A DNA stretch of 64,000 nucleotides, from NCBI GenBank assembly GCA_951406725.2, contig OX597815.1, positions 111,786,001 to 111,850,000 on the forward strand, written 5' to 3'. The stretch's first letter is position 1. Every line of letters begins with the position of its first letter. A program made the position numbers and the translations under genes. The notes beneath the pieces were generated by a model. It worked only from the letters and a program-made list of their open reading frames with translations, did not search any database and was not told the origin of the DNA. Below are positions 54,268 through 64,000 of this stretch, in pieces. The DNA is from Octopus vulgaris. Its lineage: Eukaryota.

Positions 54268-54355
54268 TACATTCACAAAGCTTCGGTTGGCCAGTGGCCA
54301 GAGCATAAGACATTTCTCCAAGGTGGAAAGCAAACTTCGTACCACACTGCAACGC
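54268..54355 (-). mobile_element. SINE 5' fragment
   Basis: Reverse complement tgcagtgtggtacgaagtttgcttt.caccttggagaaatgtctt...gaccgaagctttgtgaatgtatttggtag. Confidence 0.6.
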
Positions 54356-54359
54356 GTGT

Positions 54360-54416
<57 letters not shown>

Positions 54417-54492
54417 AGTGTGTGTGTATATATATATGTATATGTATATGTATATATATATATATATGTATGTATATATATATATATATAAG

Positions 54493-54532
<40 letters not shown>

Positions 54533-54609
54533 AGCACACACACACACATATATATATATATGTATGTATATTCATATATATAATTATATGTTATTTATGA
54601 TTATATATA

Positions 54610-55045
54610 TTTTTATTATATAATATACGCTCCCATTTAGAGCGACTTAACCTAAACAATTGACCAAAAATTGAGCCGAGCTACTGGGAATTGAACACGA
54701 CATCAATTCATACATGCCTCCATATACACACAATTCAGCCATATAGCCCACCTATAAATTTCAGCCGAATTTAACGCATAGATAATTTTAGTCTAGTATG
54801 TATATTTATAAATTTTGGAAACAAACCTGAAGATCATTTTTAATAGTAACTGTAAATATATATTATATATATAATATATATTCCATTTAGAGCTACTAAA
54901 CGTACAAAATTGACTGAAAAAATGGGACGAACCACTGGGAGCTGAACAGGACATAAAATGCTTACAATTTTCCGTACGCACCTACTTCAGTCACATAGCT
55001 CACCCATGAATTTCAGCCGTAGATAATTTTAGTCTAGTATATTTA
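54610..55045 (-). repeat. Tandem pair of a ~250-bp unit containing a tRNA-like (A/B box) segment
   Basis: ccatttagagc...actggga.tgaac...ttcag.ca.atagc.cacc...tagataattttagtctagtat occurs at 54632-54799 and 54883-55040. Confidence 0.6.
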
Positions 55046-55094
55046 TAAATCGAGCTTAAATTATTATATGTCAGTCAAATATGTCAAATATGTC

Positions 55095-55190
55095 AGTCAA
55101 ATATGTCATATATGTCAGTCAAATCGTCCAACCCATGCTAGCATGGAAAGCAGACGTTAAACGATGATAATGATGATGATGATGATGATG
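55095..55190 (+). mobile_element. Retroposon 3' tail ending in (GAT)n (probably RTE-related)
   Basis: cagtcaaatcgtccaacccatgctagcatggaaagcagacgttaaacgatgat..., preceded by short tatgtcagtcaaa repeats. Confidence 0.55.
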
Positions 55191-55292
55191 TGTGTGTGTA
55201 TGTGCGTATGTGTGTGGGTGTGTGTGCTTGTTTGAGTTGAATAAAATTAAAACAGTCTGGTTTTCAGGGGTTTTTATCATGGTTTTTTAACA

Positions 55293-55330
55293 AAATTAGC
55301 GATTTCATACATTGTGCACTCATCAGATTT
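55293..55330 (-). ncRNA. Minimal hammerhead ribozyme motif
   Basis: Reverse complement reads aaat-CTGATGA-GTGCA-caa-TGTAT-GAAA-TCGC-TA-attt. Confidence 0.65.
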
Positions 55331-55754
55331 CAAATTTGTTTATCTGACAGTTGATTCCTTGACAACTTTAGTACCTCTTAGAACGCTCTAACCAGCTGAA
55401 GTTTTAGAATTGCTTTTTGATCTATATTAGAAAAGTCCGCTCTTCTAAATGTCTTCCAAATGACAACACAATTGTCATGAAACAAGCGGATAAAGGGGAT
55501 GCCATTATTATAATGGATACGTAATATTACCGGGATCAAGCGGAAGTCCATTTAAACGATACAACGGTCTACCTTGAAATACCCTCGAATATTGACCACC
55601 GGATCCTGAAGAAACTCAATTATTTCGTCTCAAAACATTATAACTACCTCCCCTCCAATGAAAAGAGACTATATTACCAATTCAGCTGGTTGATGCGTCT
55701 TATGAGGTTCTAAAGTTGTCAAGAACTCAATTGTCAGTTAAACACATCTGAAAT

Positions 55755-55792
55755 AAATCTGATGAGTACACTATGTATGAAAGCGCTAGTTT
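55755..55792 (+). ncRNA. Minimal hammerhead ribozyme motif
   Basis: aaat-CTGATGA-GTACA-cta-TGTAT-GAAA-GCGC-TA-gttt, with a palindromic GCGC stem III loop. Confidence 0.75.
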
Positions 55793-55885
55793 TCTTAAAA
55801 TACCATAATAAAAGACGTGAAAACCGGACTATGTTTTAACTTTATTCAACTGATATATCATTCCATGCACGTTCTACAAATTCGA

Positions 55886-55972
<87 letters not shown>

Positions 55973-56109
55973 GCATAGATATAGATATATACACAGACAC
56001 TCATCTATACAGCTACATATGCACATATATTCACATATATGTGTGTATCTATACATACATACATAGAAAGAGATAGAGATAGATAGATAGAGAGAGATAG
56101 ATAGATAGT

Positions 56110-56181
<72 letters not shown>

Positions 56182-56745
56182 GAGAGAGAGTGAGAGAGAG
56201 AGAGCAGGAGGTAGGTTGGTAGAAAAAAGATGTGAAAATGTTGTTGAATACAAACTGTTTGCAAATAAATTAGATGAGACTGACTTGAATATCTCTTCGG
56301 ACCAGATAGAACAGATATGTACTGTCCGCTTTTTCCGATGTATTTTACCGAGGGCATTTTAAATGTGTCGTGCGTCTGTATCATGATAATTTGTAATTTG
56401 AAGCAATTATCGTTAATATTCTTGATTCGTATACAGAACAAGTAAACACCAAGAGGTTCTCGTGTCGGATAGCGTGCGTGTTTGCAAAAGCTATGTAAGA
56501 GAACGAACACAATTGCATACAATAAATAAAAAGCGTGAAATGGCGTAGATAATTAAAAATAAATCGGTGTCAGAAAGATCTAAATACATATTTGATTTCA
56601 AGTGATAAGTGAGCGCATGAATTGAGTTATATTTCCAGCATGTGGCTTTATGTATTTTTTATTACTGCAGTGTTAATAAATGCATCTGTATTAATGTTAG
56701 TACTGCGATCAATCCATTTTCCCAATAAGGTTACACAATAAAGGT

Positions 56746-57157
56746 GCAGGAGTGGATGTGTGGTAAGTAGCTTGTTTACCAACCACATGGTTCCGGGTTC
56801 AGTCCCACTGCGTGGCACCTTGTGCAAGTGTCTTCTACTATAGCCTCGGGCCGACCAAAGCCTTGTGAGTGGATTTGGTAGACAGAAACTGAAAGAAGCC
56901 CGTCGTATATATGTATATATGTATATATGCGTGTGTGTGTTTGTGTCTCTGTGTTTGTCCCCTTAGCATTGCTTAACAACAGATGCTGGTGTGTTTATGT
57001 CCCCGTTACTTAGCACTTCGGCAAAAGAGACCGATAGAATAAGTACTGGGCTTACAAAAGAATAAGTCCGGGGTCGAGTTGCTCGATTAAAGGCTGTGCT
57101 CCAGCATGGCCGCAGTCAAATGACTGAAACAAGTAAAAGAGTAAAAGAGTAAAGAGT
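56746..57157 (+). mobile_element. Full-length tRNA-derived SINE (reference copy in this window)
   Basis: A-box-like tggatgtgtggtaag, B-box ccgggttcagtccc, internal (TA)/(TG) microsatellite, (agtaaaag)n tail; many related copies in the window. Confidence 0.9.
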
Positions 57158-57264
57158 AATAAGTTTCAAGAAATTATGTATATCTCATATATGTGGAAAT
57201 GAACAGACATATATGTATACTTCCATATATAAATAGACATATATACATGTGTGTAAGTGTGTGT

Positions 57265-57295
<31 letters not shown>

Positions 57296-57404
57296 TGCAT
57301 GTGTATAACCTACTAATTTAATTGTAATTTTGAATGTCAGCTTTTATTGTTGCGTTTATGTGACCTGGTCATATAAGGTTGTGCGCACACATGCATGTGC
57401 CTTC

Positions 57405-57866
57405 AGTTAGTTAGTTAGTTAGTTAGTTAATTTGGCTCAAAAGCAAATAGCAAGGCCATGTAGGAGGATATGGAGTTAAGTACAGGGTGGTGTTCGTGTA
57501 AAGAGTTCAGGCCACTTGAGGTCAAGGGTGGCTTTGAACAAAGCGGTCGTCGGCATCTTCACCACCTCGTCTGGCAGCTTGTTCCACGGATCCGCAACCC
57601 GGACGGAGAAAGCTCCTCTCCTTCGATTGAGATGAAATCATCGCAGGTAGAGCTTTTCAGAATGACCCCGCAGCCGACGCTCTGGAGCAGGAGTAAAGAA
57701 CAGCTCTTTCGAGAAGTTACACTTTCCTCTTATGATGTTGTGGGCGAGAATGAAATCACCACGGCGGCGGCGTTTTTCTAGAGAAAAACGGTCGAGCGTC
57801 CTCAGCCTTTCTTCATAGGACAAATTTTTAAGACCATGAACCATGCGGGTAGCGAGCTTCTGGACA
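57405..57866 (-). mobile_element. CR1-like LINE 3' end with (TAAC)n tail
   Basis: ORF 57638-57844 GLKNLSYEERLRTLDRFSLEKRRRRGDFI...RLRGHSEKL, continuing FSVRVADPWNKLP; (agtt)n at 57405-57428. Confidence 0.9.
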
Positions 57867-59426
57867 CATTACCTTGAAACGTATCCATTCATATCTCCCA
57901 GGAATTGCTTCGTATATATGATTAATTTTGCCCAGTCCTCATCAACATCTTTAGTGTTTCGTAAACTAATGTGTTAACTTCTGCTATTTCATGTCTTCGT
58001 AATTCTGTTATATAATTTTCAGTTAGATCTCATAACGAATAAACTAGTTTTAACATTTACGTGCATATATTTTATACATTTATAACGTTAAGTGTAAAAT
58101 CGAAGCCTTTATGCTGATGTGCATTTTTGTTGAGTCTATTGACTGCTTGCATAATATACAATCATCATTGACCAATGTCCTCCAAATCAGTTATAATTAT
58201 GGCAAAATATCAAGTACGTCTATATGTAGTACTGTAATTCTCAACTTATAATATTCCTTGTATTTTTTCACTATATTTTAACATGCCATTCACAATCCAT
58301 TCTAGCGTTATTTGATGCAAAAGCTGCTTTGCATATAAAATGTACATAGTCTCGAAAATCATTTATTATTTTCTATATTAGTACATATATATTGTTAATT
58401 ATTTATACAGCTGAAATTTAGAAATTTAATGAAAAAAAGAAAGAGTTAATCGAATTTAAATCTTGAAAAAGTACAATAATTTTATACATTTATACCTGAA
58501 GCTATATTCTTCAGATCCGAAACAAACCAATGCCAGAGGAAAAGAAAGCAAAAAGAAGAAAAAGGAAAGGAAAAACAACGAAGAAAAAAAGGGGGATGAA
58601 ATGTGATTATTTTATAAACATTTAATTTTAGCCACCAACCCTTATCCATTGTTAGCTCTTACAACGAATGAATAATATTGACACCCAGTAACGAAATGTA
58701 ATACCCTACATCCTCTTTATGGTCAGTAGTCGGCTATTGGTGACTACTTTATTTTAAATGTCAGGACTTAGATTTCATTACATGAATTTGCAGCTAAGAA
58801 ATAGATTTTGCTACTTAAGCTTTAGAATAATTAATGGTAACTTAGCTACCATTTTGTTGATATATTTGAAAATTTGACATTTTCTCCAAAATGTATTAGT
58901 GTTCACTAACAGCCTGCCACTGACTATAAGAAGGTTGTAAAATGGCAAATTCCTTTACTGGATGTCAAAGCTATTCACATGCGATAAGAGTCAGTAGTAG
59001 CTCAAAAGGGATGTCTAAAAACAGATAACCTAGTTCAACAGAAAATACCATATTGACAAAATACCTTCGTTATTTTTGGATATTTTACATTTTATTTGGG
59101 TGCTAGTTTGCCATAACAATCTTTTGGGCAATGGTTCCCCATCTTTTCAGTCGATCGATTGATATAATTTAATAATGACACATCCAAGCTCATATCTGTA
59201 AGAGATGTAAGCCTCTAATAAATAAATACGTGACTATAACCCGTTAATTCGTTATATATACACCTACACGAACACACACATACAGAGACACAAACACAAA
59301 TATATATATTATGTAACTTGGTGTGAGAAGAGACAAAATTTAGATAATCATTATATATTTATGATTTTCATCAGCATAATGAGTAAATAAATACACACAG
59401 ATATAACATAAAATTACAAGAAACGG

Positions 59427-59472
<46 letters not shown>

Positions 59473-59473
<1 letters not shown>

Positions 59474-59603
59474 TTTATTTAAGAGCAGCAGAAATTCAAC
59501 AAAACCTGTTACTCGGAGATTCACGTTCCCGTTCGTCGGACGAACGAAAACGTGATACTCCAAGTAACAGGTTTTGTTGAATTTATGGTGCTTTTAAATA
59601 TAG
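59473..59603. repeat. ~130-bp hairpin palindrome made of two head-to-head HHR-like halves
   Basis: aaattcaacaaaacctgttact / agtaacaggttttgttgaattt. The left arm reverse complement reads CCGACGA-ACG-ggaa-CGT-GAAT-CTCcGAG-TA-acag. Confidence 0.75.
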
Positions 59604-59700
59604 CTTATTACTCTACCCCTGGTATTTGAGTGCTCTTTTTTCCACCTTCTTTCACATTTACGTGTTTACCCCAGTATATAAATATATACATATATACATG

Positions 59701-59763
<63 letters not shown>

Positions 59764-60621
59764 GTATATGTGTGTGTCTGTTTGTGTGTGTCTGTCTGTA
59801 TGCATACATACATACAAACAAAGTTCAACTTCAAGCCAAATACCGCACAATATGGCATCAGATAGAAAAAATACATTATATATCATTTAGAAAGAAATGA
59901 GAGTTATATGAGGTAAAATATACACGAAAAGGGTAAATAAATAAAGGTTGATATATCGATTAAAAATTATATTAAAGTTAAGCCTAAGATTAAAACACGG
60001 TGAAATAAGGATTAAAAGTCATAAAATGCATCAAGAATAGTGAGAAATCCTAATTATGGATTTAAAAGGTTACATGAGTTCCGAAGAAATGTTTTATGGA
60101 GAGTTATAATGTCAATATGAAGCATTTCGACAGCCGTGTCTGGAGTCCATTAGTCAACAGGTATGTCCACTTCATCACGAATAAGTAAATAGAAAATTAT
60201 TCAGGCTTGAAGACATGTAAGGGAAATGAAAGAAAGGAAAGTTTTGGTTACATTACGTTAGTCGTGAGCTACTCCATTAGATATTCATTACTTTTATGAT
60301 GATTCGCGCTTATATACGAAGGAAACCTCTAGTGAAGGATGATGGGAGAATAAAAAAAATTCAAAGAATAATTAATTTCTAATAGAGGAAAAAGAAAGGC
60401 TGACAACCACTTCATTTCTTATATCTCGTCTTATAGAGTTTCATTAAAGACGAGTGATATTTTATATACATGAATGTATAGTATCAGAGAAATTATTTAA
60501 TGTGCCCCAATACTATATTTAAGAATACTGTATGATTCTCTAATGCCTAAATTGCATTTGTTACTTATAGCATTATAGGAGAGGGTGTTTGCTAATATAT
60601 ATTCTATGCTAGAAAATAGTC

Positions 60622-60701
60622 TAGTGTCATCTACTATAGCCTCGGACAGACCAATGAATTGTGAGTGGATTTGGTAGACGGAAACTGAAATAAGCCCGTC
60701 G

Positions 60702-60732
<31 letters not shown>

Positions 60733-60935
60733 TTATGTATGTGTGTGTCTGTGTTTGTCCTCCAGCAATCGCTTGACAATCGATATTGGAGTGTTTACGT
60801 CCCCGTAACCAGCGGTTCAGCAAAAGAGCGTAATGGAATATGTAGTAGGCTTACAAAGAATAAGCCCTGGTGATTTCTTCGACTAAAGGCTGTGCTCCAG
60901 CGTGGCCACAATCAAATGACTGCAATAAATAAACA
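60622..60935 (+). mobile_element. tRNA-derived SINE, 5'-truncated
   Basis: Colinear with 56828-57135. Confidence 0.85.
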
Positions 60936-62174
60936 GTATATATCTTCTATATTGGAGAAAGCTGCGTATCAACTAGGCATGTAACAGTAACTAAAAGCAA
61001 GTAATTATTAGAGGCTAGACCGTCTGGAATTTTTTTTATATGTTCATGTTCTAAGAAATTTCTTGTAATTTCGATTTTTGAAGTTTATCGTATATTTGAA
61101 ATACAAGTTCTTCAAAAATTTAAGAAGGTGGGATTTTCCATTTTCCTTTGCAACAGTCTCTCACCCTTTATCTCTTCTCCTCTCTCTCTCTCTTTCTCTC
61201 TCTCTCTATCTATCTATCTCACACCTCTATTTTCCTTTATGATAATTTAATATATATTCATTTCAATGTTTTCATTTAAATTCTTAGTTCGCTATTTGCA
61301 AAACCCAGTTTATGCTATATATGTAATGTAAAAAGAAAGATATTTATTAAATGAATGAATACTAATAAACAAAACAAAAACTTTATAATTGGGGTTTATG
61401 ATGCAAGACTAATATCAGTTTCCAGAGTTTGTTAAATGATTATTTGAAAAAAAAAGAAACTTTTTTGATATACTGGTATTTTTTTAAAGTTAAGAAGTAA
61501 TTTCGTTGGTATGAATGCTTCAGAGTAATAACTATGCGATTCCTGCTATTTCTAGCAACCTAAATGTAGTTGGGTTACATTGAAGTTGGTTTACATTGGA
61601 GTTATATTACAACTACAATAAATTACTGAAAAAAATATTTACTAAGCAAGTGAGATTTACTTCCTGAACTTCCTTTCATCATTGAATATTTCAAGTTCAC
61701 AAAATAAATATTCGGTACAAGATAGTTTTTAACGAGCTTTTATTTATACGATTTTTTCATTTCATGTTTATTTCATTGATTGTTTGCAATGTTCACTTGC
61801 CTCCGCACACACATACACACATACACACATACACACTCAGACTATCTCTCTAATATAAACACACACACTCCAGGTTTGATTTCGTTATTTTTTCATAAAT
61901 AATGTTTTCATTGATAATAATTTATTTAATATATATTCATTGCAGTTTTTTCACTTCAAGTTTTATTTCGTTATTTCAGATGGGGAAATCAGGTATTTTG
62001 TTGTCTTATATTCGCTGCGTACATAATCTATTTATTGTTTATGCATAATGGAAAAAAATTATATAAGACATCTAATTAACACTTACTGAATCTTCGAACT
62101 CATGTGACTTATTTCCTTTCCATCGTTATCTAAGTATTACCGAGCTATTTGAAACACTATATAATACAGTCCTA

Positions 62175-62572
<398 letters not shown>

Positions 62573-62859
62573 TGATACACTATATGTATTAAAATATCTC
62601 TATGTGATCACAGTTATCTTTTTTGCAAGCTAAAGGTAGTTGGAATACTTTGATGTTTGTTTTAAAAAGAGTGATTATGACTGATAAAATAATGAGAGCA
62701 ATATCAACTAAGCAACTGAACACTATTATACAAAGAAATAATTAGACGTAAAAATATCATAAAAATTATTGGATAGGGAATCAAACGTGAAAATATAGTC
62801 AGGTAGCTATCAAAAAGCCGTATGGAAGGTGGTCGTTCTGCTAGTTTATTGAATATATA

Positions 62860-62945
62860 ATTACAATACAGGGTACGCCCAGGACTGAACCGGGGACTTT
62901 TTGATCAGCAGTTGAATGCTCTAGCACTGAGGTATATTGTGCGGG
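62860..62945 (-). mobile_element. tRNA-like SINE head
   Basis: Reverse complement cctcagtgctagagcattcaactgctgatcaaaaagtccccggttcagtcct carries A/B-box-like motifs. Confidence 0.5.
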
Positions 62946-62949
62946 TATG

Positions 62950-63017
<68 letters not shown>

Positions 63018-63028
63018 GACACACACAC

Positions 63029-63059
<31 letters not shown>

Positions 63060-63179
63060 CAGAGAGATACAGAGAGAGAGAGGGAGAGTATATTTTAGAA
63101 GATGTTTAATACAATATTACTGCATTCGATGTATCCCTCATGTCAAATATTAGAAATATTATGAAGAATTATTTGGAGA

Positions 63180-63345
63180 CTCAGCGGACAAAAATTTTGT
63201 GTGGTGGGGTTATCGGTTGCCACTACATACATTTTTTTCTCTCCTTGTTTCTTTCTGTGTTCCTTTCTGTGGAAGAGGGTAGGCTCGAAACATTAAAGAC
63301 TTTTTCAATTCCCGAGCGTTATACTAATACATCTGTTTGTACATG
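63180..63345 (+). mobile_element. PLE pseudo-LTR fragment with an HHR-like motif (63262-63300)
   Basis: Matches 28380-28520. Confidence 0.65.
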
Positions 63346-63529
63346 CTTACGTACCTCACAGGAAATAGCTTCGCGGAATATGCAATTTCGATCACGAGCA
63401 AAGATATATGTTATTATTAGAATTTTGGATAAAATCACGTTAATGGTTATATCGAGTGGCCAGAAATAAATAAAACCTTTTAGGTAATTCATAAACTAAA
63501 TTAATAATAATAATAATATATATATATAT

Positions 63530-63569
<40 letters not shown>

Positions 63570-63577
<8 letters not shown>

Positions 63578-63918
63578 GAGTAAATAATTTCTATAAAGGC
63601 TTTTAAAAAAAACCAATTATTTACTGGTAGAATTCGGTATGTAAATATAGCCGATTACCGGCAGGAACTACTGTAAAGTTCAGTATATATATTGTATATA
63701 AGAAAAAGGGACAGGCAACAGGTTGCTTGACCGCATACCGAAAAAATAGAAATAGCAGTCAAGAATGCTTATTTCTATCAAAGTTGGACTCCGGGCACGA
63801 CAAACCCTGTAATTCACATATGCAAAACAGAAGGAATAGATAACGAAAACGAAGTCTGGTGGTTATCTGTGCCTGGAGTCCAACTTTGATAGAAATAAGC
63901 ATTCTTGACTGCTTTTTC

Positions 63919-63922
<4 letters not shown>
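63570..63922. mobile_element. Rearranged copy of the 4020-4585 repeat family with an internal inverted repeat
   Basis: 63737-63783 is inverted relative to 63883-63922; bounded by (TA)n. Confidence 0.6.
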
Positions 63923-63981
<59 letters not shown>

Positions 63982-64000
63982 ATATATACATACATATATA

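Larger units (their letters stand above)
55235..55851. mobile_element. Internally deleted PLE: inverted arms (55235-55400 / 55681-55851) with hammerheads and a DKG-motif RT remnant in the spacer
   Basis: The spacer's plus strand (~55455-55530) reads NDNTIVMKQADKGDAIIIMDT*YYR, the PLE N-terminal ADKG motif; the arms are diverged reverse complements. Confidence 0.8.

Noticed and set aside
56746-56830. Functional tRNA genes at SINE heads
   Set aside because: A/B-box-like motifs run into SINE bodies and no full cloverleaf is evident.
60075-60365. MFYGEL and DDGRI strings suggestive of an RTE C-terminus
   Set aside because: Too short, and the order is inconsistent.

Overview
AT-rich, microsatellite-dense eukaryotic DNA with no convincing host protein-coding gene. 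The SINE/LINE/Penelope mix resembles a coleoid cephalopod (Octopus-like) genome; this is an inference from repeat style, not a database match. Almost all ORFs in the supplied track are translations of (TA)n/(CA)n/(GA)n repeats. Real content: decayed non-LTR retrotransposons (an R4/Dong-like RT+REL element, RTE and CR1-like fragments), a decayed mariner transposase and two mariner MITEs, many tRNA-derived SINEs, and at least four Penelope-like element (PLE) relics with RT, DKG or GIY-YIG motifs. The most striking signal is a set of minimal type-I hammerhead ribozyme motifs (CUGANGA-stem II-GAAA-palindromic stem III-NUH, closed by stem I). About nine are well formed and several more are decayed. 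They come from several unrelated sequence families and recur as outward-facing pairs in long inverted repeats or palindromes (4.7-5.8 kb, 36.2-37.0 kb, 55.2-55.9 kb, 59.5-59.6 kb), often bordered by (TA)n or (TG)n tracts. All alignments and folds were done by eye, so boundaries are approximate.
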